A stretch of DNA of 64,000 nucleotides from the NCBI GenBank assembly GCA_946486375.1, contig CAMLTW010000003.1, positions 120,668-184,667 of the forward strand. The letters are read 5' to 3'. Shown here in pieces: positions 9,636 through 19,157 of this stretch. Source of the stretch: an uncultured Rikenellaceae bacterium. Lineage in GTDB: Bacteria > Bacteroidota > Bacteroidia > Bacteroidales > Rikenellaceae. Made by a program: the position numbers and the translations under genes. Under the pieces are notes generated by a model, which saw only the letters and a program-made list of their open reading frames with translations, searched no databases and was not told the DNA's origin. Each line of letters starts with the position of its first letter. Positions within the stretch are counted from its first letter, which is position 1.

Positions 9636-10136
9636 ATGAATGATCGGATCTTGCATTTTCTGAAACAAAAAAATCTCTCGGCTCTCAAGCTTGCGGAAAT
9701 CATGGAAGTTCAGGCTTCCAGCATATCCCATATCACTTCCGGAAGGAACAAGCCGAGTTTCGATTTCATTGCCAAATTTCTGATGCGTTTTCCCGATGTG
9801 AATCCGGATTGGCTAATCCTGGGGAAAGGTAATATGTTTCGTAATCCATCCGCCCCGCAGAGAATCGAAAACGTAGGAAATTCCGTTTTACATAATGAAC
9901 CGGAATTGGCCGGGCTGTCTGCAGCCGATCCGGGCGACGAACGGTACGGACGGGTTGAATCGCCGCCGCCTCTCGTCCGGCAAAAAGAAATGATCCTGTC
10001 AGAAAGCCCTTCGACGGATACGGATAATGAAATCCGGAAACGGATGGAGAGCCTGCCGGTTTCTGAACCCTCTATCGAGCGAATCGTAATTTTTTATTCC
10101 GATCGTACTTTTACCGAATATTCGATGCGAAAATAA
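9636..10136 (+). CDS. Helix-turn-helix (XRE-like) transcriptional regulator
   Basis: The N-terminal LSALKLAEIMEVQASSISHITSGRNKPSFDF is an HTH_3-type motif. The C-terminal half is low-complexity. Confidence 0.75.
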   Translation: MNDRILHFLKQKNLSALKLAEIMEVQASSISHITSGRNKPSFDFIAKFLMRFPDVNPDWLILGKGNMFRNPSAPQRIENVGNSVLHNEPELAGLSAADPGDERYGRVESPPPLVRQKEMILSESPSTDTDNEIRKRMESLPVSEPSIERIVIFYSDRTFTEYSMRK

Positions 10137-10341
10137 AATGAGGGCCGTATTCGATAGTTGGAAGGACACTCCTAAGCTAAGAATAGGCTTTTCGCTGCGT
10201 CAAAGACGATATCTGGTCGCTCCAAAAGAGGTTGGTTATTCTTCTTTTATAATCAATACGAATAATATTTGTCAGTGTGAATTATAATATATATTATGTT
10301 AAGTTAATGGAATGAAAGGGCAATAGCTTTCTGAGTAATTA

Positions 10342-10371
10342 AAAACCCCGAAGGTCAGTCTCCGGGGTTTT
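10342..10371. terminator. Bidirectional hairpin terminator between convergent genes
   Basis: AAAACCCCG pairs with CGGGGTTTT across a 12 nt loop. A/T runs on both sides. It sits between the 10136 (+) and 10392 (-) stops. Confidence 0.6.
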
Positions 10372-10391
10372 GTCCTTTGCAAAAGCTATTG

Positions 10392-11129
10392 TTATTCCCT
10401 GCTATACACCGTGACATCCCGGATGACGCAGGCAGCCGGATGGCCGGCCAGTCCCCGCGCCCGAATAGCGACATGTCCGCCGGAAAGCGGGCTTTCATCC
10501 GTCGTTTCCACGATCAGCCGATCGTCCACTTTCAACCATAAACGATTGCCTTGACGTCCGGTTTCGATATCGTAATAAACGCCCGGCAACATGCAGTCTT
10601 CATCGGCGGCAACCAGCGTCGCGTTGTCCGGGTGTTTCCGGATAAAAGGCGTCGTGGCATGCGGAGAATTCCGGTAAGCGATGAAGTAATTTTCCGCTAC
10701 TTCTTCCAGATACCCCATATTGCCATCGTAGCCTTCCGGAAGCGTCAAATCGGCGGAGGTTCCCCTGTCCGACAAGGAAAGGAGCGTAATCATAACGGTT
10801 GCCGGATTCAGGGTCATCACCTTGTAACGAACCACCACGTCTCCTGTATAGGACTTGGGGCTGACGATGAGCGTGCCGGAAGTGTTTTCTCCCTCTTCCA
10901 GGCAGGCCTGCCGTCCCGATTCATCATAGAATGCCCCTACTCCATAGAATTTCCATGCCTTCAGAAATTCGTCCAACGGATACGATTCCGCCTTCATTCC
11001 GCTCAAGTCGGTGGAAACGGTAGCGGTGTCCTTGTCATTCGTCATGGCGTTCGGCTGTGAAGGCTTGCATCCCGTTCCCAGCAAAACCAGGCAGGATAAA
11101 GATACGGTAAGTACGGTTGCGGTTTTCAT
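10392..11129 (-). CDS. Lipoprotein of unknown function (possibly a concanavalin-like fold)
   Basis: 245 aa with a signal peptide and lipobox (LLGTGCKPS). I recognise no catalytic motif. Confidence 0.6.
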   Translation of the reverse strand: MKTATVLTVSLSCLVLLGTGCKPSQPNAMTNDKDTATVSTDLSGMKAESYPLDEFLKAWKFYGVGAFYDESGRQACLEEGENTSGTLIVSPKSYTGDVVVRYKVMTLNPATVMITLLSLSDRGTSADLTLPEGYDGNMGYLEEVAENYFIAYRNSPHATTPFIRKHPDNATLVAADEDCMLPGVYYDIETGRQGNRLWLKVDDRLIVETTDESPLSGGHVAIRARGLAGHPAACVIRDVTVYSRE

Positions 11130-11175
11130 AAATTCAATGGGTCAATAGTATTTATGGGTAAAGAAAAAGTTTCCG

Positions 11176-11646
11176 TTAACGGATCCGATCCATGGACCGA
11201 ACCAGTGCTTCGTCCCTGGCGATCGCCCGAAAAGCCAGATAAACCAGCACGAGAGAAATCAAAGGGAAAAGGTCGACCACCGAAAACACAAGCTGGTGCG
11301 AGGCTTGCACCGAAATGGTTTTCCAAACCTTGTAAAGATAGAAAACGACATACAGCTCCATTCCCACCAGCAGCACCATTTCGACGATGCATAAGCGGAT
11401 TTGGATCAACCTTCTTTTGTACAGGAAAATCGTGACCAGCGGAACCAGGATGCTCAAACCGAGCAGAATCCCCATATAGACGGACGGTACCACCACCGTA
11501 GGATGCGGACCCGTGGCCCGAATTCCCCAGGCGAACAGTTTGTATACTTCTCCCCCGCTCAGAAAGGATGCCAGCGGAATGAAACAGAGGATGCCCATCA
11601 GGATTACGGTCAGCAGGAGGTAAAGCGATTGAATGCGTTGTATCAT
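11176..11646 (-). CDS. DUF4293 family membrane protein
   Basis: The MIQRIQSLYLLL N-terminus and four TM segments are characteristic of Bacteroidota DUF4293. Confidence 0.75.
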   Translation of the reverse strand: MIQRIQSLYLLLTVILMGILCFIPLASFLSGGEVYKLFAWGIRATGPHPTVVVPSVYMGILLGLSILVPLVTIFLYKRRLIQIRLCIVEMVLLVGMELYVVFYLYKVWKTISVQASHQLVFSVVDLFPLISLVLVYLAFRAIARDEALVRSMDRIR

Positions 11647-11663
11647 TTTTTCGTGGTTTTTGA

Positions 11664-12638
11664 TTATTCCGATATTTTGATGTTGTCGACGTCGATTTTG
11701 TCATCTACCAGATAGCTGTTCCGGTCGGAAGTCCTGCGTCCGATCAGTTCCCCGAGGAAACCTGCCAGGAACATCTGTACTCCTACGATCGCCATCGTAA
11801 GCGCCAGGAAGAACAGCGGCTGGTCGGTCACCGGACGGGCGGCCAGTCCGTGAGACTGGATCGAAAGCTTTTGAACGATCAGGTAAATCGCGATGATTCC
11901 TCCGATCAGGAACATCAATGTTCCCCCTCCTCCGAACAGGTACATCGGACTTTTTCCGAACCGGGTGATGAACACGACGGTAATCAGGTCGAGATATCCT
12001 TTGATCATGCGTTCCCAGCCGTATTTGGAGCGTCCGTATTTCCGGGGATGATGGCGTACCACTTTTTCCCCGATTTTCCGGAAACCGGCCTGCTTCGCGA
12101 GGAACGGAATGTAACGGTGCATCTCCCCGTAAACCTCGATGCTTTTCACGACTTTTTTCCGGTAAGCTTTCAGCCCGCAGTTGAAATCGTGGAGTTCGAT
12201 GCCGGAAACGCGTCTGGCGGTGGCATTGAAGAATTTGCTCGGCAGCGTTTTGCCCATCGGGTCGAAACGCTGCTTCTTCCATCCGGATACCAGATCGTAT
12301 CCTTCCTCCCGGATCATCCGGTAAAGCTCGGGGATTTCATCCGGAGAGTCCTGCAGGTCGGCGTCCATGGTGATGACCACGTCTCCCTGCGCGGCATAAA
12401 ACCCGCTGTACAAGGCTGCCGACTTCCCGTAATTTCGTCGGAAACGTATCCCCTTGACGTTCGGGTTTTTCGCGTGCAGGGCGGTAACGGTTTCCCAAGT
12501 GCCGTCCGTGCTTCCGTCGTCTATGAAAATCACTTCGTAACCGAAACGGTTTTCATGCATTACCCGTTCGATCCAGGCGACCAGTTCGGGAATGGATTCG
12601 GATTCGTTGAAAGATGGAATGACTACGGATATCTCCAT
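11664..12638 (-). CDS. Family 2 glycosyltransferase (polyprenol-phosphate glycosyltransferase-like)
   Basis: VVIPSFNE, IFIDDGSTDGT and TMDADLQD motifs, plus two C-terminal TM helices. Confidence 0.9.
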   Translation of the reverse strand: MEISVVIPSFNESESIPELVAWIERVMHENRFGYEVIFIDDGSTDGTWETVTALHAKNPNVKGIRFRRNYGKSAALYSGFYAAQGDVVITMDADLQDSPDEIPELYRMIREEGYDLVSGWKKQRFDPMGKTLPSKFFNATARRVSGIELHDFNCGLKAYRKKVVKSIEVYGEMHRYIPFLAKQAGFRKIGEKVVRHHPRKYGRSKYGWERMIKGYLDLITVVFITRFGKSPMYLFGGGGTLMFLIGGIIAIYLIVQKLSIQSHGLAARPVTDQPLFFLALTMAIVGVQMFLAGFLGELIGRRTSDRNSYLVDDKIDVDNIKISE

Positions 12639-12656
12639 GTGTTCGGGTTTCTTCGG

Positions 12657-13220
12657 TTATTCCGGTTGAGCGGTAGAATCGTTCTGAGTTTGCCCGTTTT
12701 CGGGCTGCCGTTTGGTGAAAATGGAGACGATCAGCCCTACGATGCCTCCGTAAATGAGCATGCTGAATATGCCGCTCAGCACCATCACTCCCGGATTCTG
12801 GATGAAGCGGTTCATTTGCTGCCGCATTTTGAGAGCCTGCTCCGCCTGCGTTTCGTCAAGCGTATTGTACAGCGTAGCTTCGTACAGATTCCGATAATAT
12901 TCCGGATCGATCACCACCTGCATCAGGTAGCTTCCCAATCCGTAGATGATGCCCGTGAAAACCATCATGGCGAGGATAAAACCCATGGACTGACCGTAGG
13001 TGAAACCTTCCGCTCCGCGGAGCCGGCCCATCCGTCGGGCCATGATATAGGAAACGACCGCAATCAGCAGGGTTTCCGTAACGGAGGCCAGGGTCGGATG
13101 ATGGATCGACCATTCCCAGCGATACGACAGGTACAGGAATCCGAACAATAGCAAACCGAGTATCAATCCGCCGAGAGACGCTTCGCTCCAGAAGATTTTT
13201 TTCAGGTTTTTTTCTTTCAT
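12657..13220 (-). CDS. DUF4199 family membrane protein
   Basis: 187 aa multi-TM protein directly upstream of the GT2 gene. That arrangement is typical of Bacteroidota. Confidence 0.7.
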   Translation of the reverse strand: MKEKNLKKIFWSEASLGGLILGLLLFGFLYLSYRWEWSIHHPTLASVTETLLIAVVSYIMARRMGRLRGAEGFTYGQSMGFILAMMVFTGIIYGLGSYLMQVVIDPEYYRNLYEATLYNTLDETQAEQALKMRQQMNRFIQNPGVMVLSGIFSMLIYGGIVGLIVSIFTKRQPENGQTQNDSTAQPE

Positions 13221-13239
13221 AGATTCAGGTATAAATATT

Positions 13240-13845
13240 TCAGAAAATCAATTCTCCCAATCCTTGCCGGACGATTTCGAATTCTTCACCCGTGCAGTCC
13301 ACCACCGTGGAGGCTTCGTTGTTTCCATATCCCCCGTTCACCACCAGATCGACGAGATTGCGGTATTTTTCATGAATCAGTTCCGGATCGGTGGTGTACT
13401 CGATCACTTCGTCCTCGTCCTTCACCGAAGCGGTCACCAATGGGTGCCCCAGAGTGTCGACGATGGCGTGGGCGATCGGATGCTCCGGTATTCGGACGCC
13501 TATGTTTTTGCGATGTTCCAGAAATTTGTCCGGTACTTTTCCGGACGCTTTCAGGATAAACGTGAAAGGGCCGGGAAGGTTTCGCTTCAACAGTTTGAAA
13601 ACCGGCGTGTCCACCCTGGCATAAAGGGAAATATTGCTCAAATCCGGGCAAACGATAGCCATGTCGTTTTCTTTCCTGCCCCGGAGGGCTTTCAGCCGCT
13701 CGATGGCTTTGGGGCTTCGCAGGGAGCAGCCGAATGCATAAACGGTATCGGTCGGATAGACGATCACCCCGTCGTTGCGGAGCACGTCCGCTACCTGTTC
13801 CAGAGCCTTCCGGTTCGGATTTTCCGGATAGATTTTTACGATCAT
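13240..13845 (-). CDS. tsaC: L-threonylcarbamoyladenylate synthase (YrdC/Sua5 family)
   Basis: YPTDTVYAFGC and LLKRNLPGPFTFIL are YrdC-domain motifs. Confidence 0.85.
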   Translation of the reverse strand: MIVKIYPENPNRKALEQVADVLRNDGVIVYPTDTVYAFGCSLRSPKAIERLKALRGRKENDMAIVCPDLSNISLYARVDTPVFKLLKRNLPGPFTFILKASGKVPDKFLEHRKNIGVRIPEHPIAHAIVDTLGHPLVTASVKDEDEVIEYTTDPELIHEKYRNLVDLVVNGGYGNNEASTVVDCTGEEFEIVRQGLGELIF

Positions 13846-13908
13846 ACCTTTTCTCCCCTTTCTGCGTTTTTAACAAGTAAAGATAAAAAAGGATTCCAAA
13901 TAAAAAAA

Positions 13909-14004
13909 GGGTAAGCTACTTACATCGCACCGCTCAACCGCACTACCCTTGCTACCTTCCGGTCCTGGGGGATTCAGCAGGAGCTGGTCGTGTAAGACTT
14001 ACCC
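13909..14004 (-). ncRNA. ffs: Signal recognition particle RNA (small bacterial 4.5S type)
   Basis: The minus-strand transcript GGGUAAGUCUUACA...CCCCCAGGACCGGAAGGUAGCAAGGGUAG...UGUAAGUAGCUUACCC contains the conserved domain IV core CAGGxCCGGAAGGxAGCA. The 5' and 3' ends pair, and a U-run (TTTTTTTATTT) follows. Confidence 0.85.
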
Positions 14005-14181
14005 GATGCAAAAGTAGCTGTTTTTTGAGAAAAAGCAAATTTTATACTCATTTTGCTGTCTCCGAAAAGAAAACCCTATTTTTGCAAAATCCCGAGCGGC
14101 AGCGGATCTGGAAAACAAGGAGACGGCCTGGAACCGGTAAGGCCGCGACCGGACAGGATAACGATACGAATCGAGAGGATT

Positions 14182-15219
14182 ATGAATCGGAAGAGTAAGC
14201 GGAAACGGATTTTATGGTATGTTGCGGGGGCGGCTCTGTGTATGGCGCTCGGAATCGGTATTTTAATTTATGGCGATTACAGCGCGGGAACCGCCGTTGT
14301 CCGGGACGGGTATCTGCATGTACCTACCGGCGCCCGGTACGAACAACAGCTGGATTCGCTGCGAGAAGGAAAGTTTTTGCGGAACGAGGGCCGTTTCGAC
14401 CGATATGCCCGTTACCGGAAGCTGAATGAAAAGGTCCGCCCCGGACGCTATAAATTGCAGAAGGGGATGTCTTATAAAAGGCTGATCGGTACGCTGGCGG
14501 GCGGCCTGCAAAGCCCCGTAAATCTGACGTTCAACCATATACGGACGAAAGAAAAACTGGCAGGGACGGTTTCCCGTTATATCGAGGTCGACTCGCTGAC
14601 CCTGTTGCGGGCGCTCGAAAACGATTCCGTGGCGGCTTCGTACGGATTTACGCATGCCTCTTTCATCGGCATGTTCGTTCCGAACACCTATCAGTTCTAC
14701 TGGAACACGAATGCGACGGGGTTTTTGAACCGGATGAAAAAGGAATACGACAAATTTTGGAACGATGCCCGCGAAGCGAAGCGAAAAGCGGCAGGGCTTT
14801 CGCGTAACGAAGCGATTACCCTGGCTTCCATTGTGGACGAAGAAACCCGGATGGGAGACGAAATGCCCCGGATTGCGGGAGTGTACCTGAACCGTTTGCG
14901 TACCGGCATGCTGTTGCAGGCCGATCCTACGGTCAAGTTCGCTATGGGGGATTTCGGACTGAGACGGATTTTGTTCCGTCATTTGGAAACCGATTCGCCT
15001 TACAACACCTACAAATATCCGGGACTTCCGCCGGGACCTATCTGCGCTCCTTCCGTCCGGGCGATCGATGCGGTGTTGAATGCGGAAAGGCATGATTATT
15101 ATTATTTCTGTGCCAAGGAGGATTTTTCCGGTTACCACAATTTCGCCCGTAACCTTGCCGAACACAACCGGAATGCGCGGCGCTATTCGGAAGCATTGAA
15201 CAGACGCGGTATCCGATAA
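14182..15219 (+). CDS. mltG: Endolytic murein transglycosylase MltG (YceG-like)
   Basis: An N-terminal TM anchor followed by the YceG domain (ASIVDEET, LQADPTV, YNTYKYPGLPPGPI). The start is trimmed to MNRKSKRK at 14182. Confidence 0.9.
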   Translation: MNRKSKRKRILWYVAGAALCMALGIGILIYGDYSAGTAVVRDGYLHVPTGARYEQQLDSLREGKFLRNEGRFDRYARYRKLNEKVRPGRYKLQKGMSYKRLIGTLAGGLQSPVNLTFNHIRTKEKLAGTVSRYIEVDSLTLLRALENDSVAASYGFTHASFIGMFVPNTYQFYWNTNATGFLNRMKKEYDKFWNDAREAKRKAAGLSRNEAITLASIVDEETRMGDEMPRIAGVYLNRLRTGMLLQADPTVKFAMGDFGLRRILFRHLETDSPYNTYKYPGLPPGPICAPSVRAIDAVLNAERHDYYYFCAKEDFSGYHNFARNLAEHNRNARRYSEALNRRGIR

Positions 15220-15288
15220 GATCAGGCGTGAAACCGCGGGCCGAAAATGATCCTTCAAGCCTCACGTCAACCTTCGGGAAGGTACGAT

Positions 15289-15319
15289 AAAAGGGCCGGA
15301 ATGCTGATTCCGGCCCTTT
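15289..15319. terminator. Bidirectional hairpin terminator
   Basis: AAGGGCCGGAAT-gctg-ATTCCGGCCCTT, a 12 bp perfect stem between the convergent mltG and OMP genes. Confidence 0.6.
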
Positions 15320-15337
15320 GTTGCGGTTGTTTTTCGT

Positions 15338-15994
15338 TTAGAAAATCTTCCAGCCTACCGAAAACTGGAAGACCTTGTTCTTCGCGCTGTTGTCGCCCGT
15401 CACCTTGGTCAGCCCCATGTTGTACCGGGCGCTGATGGTGAACCGGTCGATGTCGTAGCCTAACCCGAAAACGATTCCGAAGTCTGCGTCATGATACCCG
15501 TGGAGTTTCGTGGTGTTGTTATCCCCGTGATGTTTCAGCTTGGAATTCAGGCGCAACCCCAGCTGCGGCCCGATTTCGACGTTCAAACCGCTCCGCAGGA
15601 AATAGATTTTCGCCAGTACGGGAATGTTCAGATAGTTGAGACGGACGGTGTATTTTTCCCCGCCGTTCTTGAATTCGCCTCCCTGCATGGAGAAAAGCAC
15701 TTCCGGCTGGATGGCGATCAGGTCGTTGAACCGGTACTGGATGAACCCTCCGGCGTTCAGCCCGTAGCGGCTGCTGGAATTGTCCAGGTTGGTCAGTCCC
15801 GTGATGTTCAGCCCGACCTTCGGCCCGAGGTGCAGACGGCGTTCCTGATACTCGCGGGCGGCGACCGTACGGGTACGGGGAGCGTAAGCATCCGTCGTAC
15901 GGGCGGGCGCATAGTAAGTGTCCTCATAGACCTGGGCATTCGCCAGGGATGTCAAGGCCACCAATGCGACAAGAGACAGTAAGATTTTTTTCAT
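15338..15994 (-). CDS. Outer membrane beta-barrel (porin family) protein
   Basis: Signal peptide, alternating beta-strand pattern and a C-terminal ...FSVGWKIF aromatic terminus. Confidence 0.8.
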   Translation of the reverse strand: MKKILLSLVALVALTSLANAQVYEDTYYAPARTTDAYAPRTRTVAAREYQERRLHLGPKVGLNITGLTNLDNSSSRYGLNAGGFIQYRFNDLIAIQPEVLFSMQGGEFKNGGEKYTVRLNYLNIPVLAKIYFLRSGLNVEIGPQLGLRLNSKLKHHGDNNTTKLHGYHDADFGIVFGLGYDIDRFTISARYNMGLTKVTGDNSAKNKVFQFSVGWKIF

Positions 15995-16107
15995 GATATA
16001 CGCTTTTAAAAAATGTCGGTGTTTATTCCGACTTATTTTTTACAACAACTGTACCTAAATTATTCCGAAAAGTCCGTAGATGGAGTGAGCCGGAATGATA
16101 AGGTTGT

Positions 16108-16153
16108 AAAAACAGCCTGCAAGAGCGCTTCCACAAAGCACTCTTGCAGGCTG
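16108..16153 (-). terminator. Intrinsic terminator after the S46 peptidase gene
   Basis: Long stem CAGCCTGCAAGAG...CTCTTGCAGGCTG, followed by UUUUU on the minus strand. It lies about 30 nt downstream of the stop at 16185. Confidence 0.65.
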
Positions 16154-16184
16154 TCGATAATTCCGGTCCGGATAGGTAAGTCTG

Positions 16185-18317
16185 TCAGCGGATATCCATT
16201 TCGTCGAGCAGGTAACCGGCTTCGGCCACTTTCTCGATCACGAAAAGCACGTACCGGATGTCTACGGCGATGTTCCGGCAGACGGTCGGATCGTATTGCA
16301 CGTCGCTCATGGTGCTTTCCCAGGTACGGTCGAAGTTGAGTCCCAGCAGTTCTCCGTCTCCGTTCAGCACCGGGCTTCCCGAATTGCCGCCTGTCGTGTG
16401 GTTGGTGGCGATGAATCCGACGGGCACCGTTCCGCCCGTTTCCCAGCGACCGTAGTTTTTTGTCCGGTATAGCTCACGGAGTTTTTCCGGTACGTCGTAA
16501 TCGTAGATTTCGGGATTGTCTTTTTCCATGATCCCTTCCAGCGTGGAGAACGGTTCGTAGTAAACCGCATCGGCCGGTTCATATCCGGCCACTTTTCCGT
16601 AGGCTACCCTCAACGTCAGGTTGGCGTCGGGATAGAATGCCCTGCCCCGCTCCATCTCCATCAGGCCGCGCACGTAAGTCCGGTATTGTACGTTTATTTC
16701 GGCCGTAAGCCGGGCATATTCTTTTCCTATAGCGTTCTTGTAGAGGTCGGTGAATGCCTCGTAGAATTTTACGGCCGGGTCGTTGGCGAGGGCTGCGGCC
16801 ATCCGTCCCGGAGCATCCTGCAACAGGTTGTCGAAACGGGCCCGCGTCGTAAGGGCGGATTCGTCGAACATGCGCTTGATGCCGGCCTCGATGCTTCCGT
16901 ACCGGGATTCGTATTCCCGGAACAGTTGCGGATGGAATCGCACGGGAACGTTCCGGACATATTCCCGGATCATGGCGACGGCGGTTTTCCGGTCGATCGC
17001 GTCGGAGTAGTTTTTATAAAATGTTTCCCCTCCCCTTCTTATCCTTTGCAGGCGGGCCGAATCGCTTTCCCCGTCCAGCGGTTTCGAGATGTTTCCGGCG
17101 AATCGGGCCAGTTCCACGGCTCCGAACGCTTCGACGTAATAATCCCGCGCAAAGGCATAATCCGCAAGTTCCGCATACAGCTTTCTCAGGGTCGGAAGCA
17201 CTTCCCGGTAACGGGAACGACGGGAGGCCCATGCTTCGAACCGCCTTTCCTGTTCGAGTTTGCGGTCGAGGGTTTTCATCCGGTGGATACCCTTGCTTTC
17301 ACCCTGCCACTTTTTCCAGGCGTTGGCCACGGAGGCATGTTTGGAGGCGTATTTGATGCGGGTGGCGGCATCCCTGGCCTGCTCTTCGGCCATGATGTTC
17401 AGCCGCAGGGTGCGCAGGGCGATTTTATGAGGGTTCCCCCGGTTCAGCAGGTAATCCACCGCATCCGAGGTCACGTATTCCGTGGTGCGTCCCGGAAAGC
17501 CGTAGACCAAGGTGAAATCGCCTTCTTCGGCTCCGCGGGTGGAAACGGACAAAAAGCGCTTCGGCCGGTAGGGAACGTTGTCTTTGGAGTAAGGGGCCGG
17601 TTTGTTGTCCTTGTCCGCATAGATCCGAAATACGGAAAAATCCCCCGTATGGCGGGGCCACATCCAGTTGTCGGTGTCGCCTCCGAATTTGCCGATGGAA
17701 GAAGGGGGCGCTCCCACCAGCCGGACGTCTTCGAAAACTTCGGTGACGAACAGAAAATACCGGTTGCCATAATAAAACGGTTCCACAGTCGCCTTGTAAT
17801 GGGTTCCTGCGACCGCTTTTTCGGTAATCCGGGCATTGTTCGTCCGAATCCGTTCCTGCCGCTGCGCTTCGTCCATACCGGGCGTTACGCCTTTCAGGCT
17901 CTTTTTCGTCACGTCTTCCATCCGGACCAGCAGGGTGACGGTCAGGCCCGGATTGGGGAGTTCTTCTTCCCGGTTCATCGCCCAGAATCCGTAGGTCAGA
18001 AGGTCGTTTTTTACGCTGCTGTGGGACTGGATGTAGTCGTATCCGCAATGGTGGTTGGTCAGCACCAGCCCTTCCGGGGAAACGATTTCCCCCGTGCACC
18101 CACCCCCGAACCGGACGACGGCGTCCTTCAGGCTGGGGCTGCCGGGATCGTACAGGTCGGAGGCATTCAGCCTGAAGCCTTTGGCCTGCATGTCTTTCAG
18201 TCGCATTTTACCTACCCGATTCGGCAGCCACATTCCCTCGTCGGCACGAACCTGTACCGCCGCCGTTACCAGAACCAACCCTATAATTCCGAAGAAGCAC
18301 TTCATAAATTTTCTCAT
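16185..18317 (-). CDS. S46 family dipeptidyl-peptidase (DPP7/DPP11-like)
   Basis: The ADEGMWLP motif follows the signal peptide. TNHHCGYD carries the catalytic His and GGNSGSPV the catalytic Ser. The start is trimmed to MRKFMKCFF. Confidence 0.9.
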   Translation of the reverse strand: MRKFMKCFFGIIGLVLVTAAVQVRADEGMWLPNRVGKMRLKDMQAKGFRLNASDLYDPGSPSLKDAVVRFGGGCTGEIVSPEGLVLTNHHCGYDYIQSHSSVKNDLLTYGFWAMNREEELPNPGLTVTLLVRMEDVTKKSLKGVTPGMDEAQRQERIRTNNARITEKAVAGTHYKATVEPFYYGNRYFLFVTEVFEDVRLVGAPPSSIGKFGGDTDNWMWPRHTGDFSVFRIYADKDNKPAPYSKDNVPYRPKRFLSVSTRGAEEGDFTLVYGFPGRTTEYVTSDAVDYLLNRGNPHKIALRTLRLNIMAEEQARDAATRIKYASKHASVANAWKKWQGESKGIHRMKTLDRKLEQERRFEAWASRRSRYREVLPTLRKLYAELADYAFARDYYVEAFGAVELARFAGNISKPLDGESDSARLQRIRRGGETFYKNYSDAIDRKTAVAMIREYVRNVPVRFHPQLFREYESRYGSIEAGIKRMFDESALTTRARFDNLLQDAPGRMAAALANDPAVKFYEAFTDLYKNAIGKEYARLTAEINVQYRTYVRGLMEMERGRAFYPDANLTLRVAYGKVAGYEPADAVYYEPFSTLEGIMEKDNPEIYDYDVPEKLRELYRTKNYGRWETGGTVPVGFIATNHTTGGNSGSPVLNGDGELLGLNFDRTWESTMSDVQYDPTVCRNIAVDIRYVLFVIEKVAEAGYLLDEMDIR

Positions 18318-18357
18318 TAACAAATATGACACTAAAAATCCCTGAAAATTTCTCGCC

Positions 18358-18957
18358 TCAACCGGCATCGACGAACCGATCCAGTTCCGCATACAGCTGC
18401 TGTACGGGCAATCCCATCACGTTGTAAAACGATCCTTCGATCCGTTCGATCCCCACATATCCGATCCATTCCTGAATTCCGTAGGCCCCCGCTTTGTCGA
18501 AAGGCTCGTACCGATTCACGTAGTAACGGATTTCCTCTCCGGTCAGCGGGCGGAAATAAACATCGGTCGATACGGAGAACGTATGTTTTTTTCCCGGTTT
18601 CCGGAGCGTCGCTCCCGTTACCACGCGGTGCCTTTTTCCCGACAGGGCATTCAGTATCCGGACGGCGTCTTCCCGGTCTTTCGGCTTTCCCAACACCTTT
18701 CCCTCCAGGCACACCACGGTATCGGCGGTGATCAGAATGTCGTTTTCCCGCAGCGGTTCGGGATAGGCTTCCGATTTTCGTTCGGAAAGAAAGGCGGGTA
18801 TCTGTTCGGGTGAAAGCGACGGAGGATACGTCTCTTCCGCTTCGCAGGGCGTCCCCAGCATGTACGGAATGCCCGCATCCCGCAGAAGCTGACGCCGCCG
18901 GGGCGAATGGCTGGCCAGGATAAGCCGGTAGTCTTTCAATTTTTCATGCAACAGCAT
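18358..18957 (-). CDS. maf: Maf-like nucleoside triphosphate pyrophosphatase
   Basis: LILASHSPRRRQLL and KAGAYGIQE are Maf family motifs. Confidence 0.9.
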   Translation of the reverse strand: MLLHEKLKDYRLILASHSPRRRQLLRDAGIPYMLGTPCEAEETYPPSLSPEQIPAFLSERKSEAYPEPLRENDILITADTVVCLEGKVLGKPKDREDAVRILNALSGKRHRVVTGATLRKPGKKHTFSVSTDVYFRPLTGEEIRYYVNRYEPFDKAGAYGIQEWIGYVGIERIEGSFYNVMGLPVQQLYAELDRFVDAG

Positions 18958-18999
18958 AGGATGTCTTTCTGGAATTTACGTTGTTTCGGAAACTTTTAC

Positions 19000-19007
19000 A
19001 AAGATAG
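19000..19007 (-). promoter_or_regulatory. -7 box TATCTTTG upstream of maf
   Basis: The reverse complement of CAAAGATA matches TAnnTTTG, about 43 nt upstream of the ATG at 18957. Confidence 0.35.
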
Positions 19008-19097
19008 GCGGTTTAGTGCAGGATCGAAAAAGGTCGGATGATTTTTACCTGCTTCGGCCTACGGAAAGGCGGCCGAAGCGGACGGTTAGTCCGGAAG

Positions 19098-19131
19098 AAA
19101 AAACGAAACCGGACAAATCCGTCCGGTTTCG
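19098..19131 (-). terminator. Intrinsic terminator after sufS
   Basis: 11 bp perfect stem CGAAACCGGAC/GTCCGGTTTCG, followed on the minus strand by UUUUUU. It lies 27 nt after the stop at 19158. Confidence 0.7.
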
Positions 19132-19157
19132 ATGAGCGTTATCGGAGATAAATTTCC

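Noticed and set aside
8904-9703. Small ORFs in the AT-rich islet (8904-9101 minus, 65 aa; 9446-9703 minus, 85 aa)
   Set aside because: They are Ile/Phe/Lys/Asn-rich translations of AT-rich DNA with no start context. The second overlaps the HTH gene start on the opposite strand.
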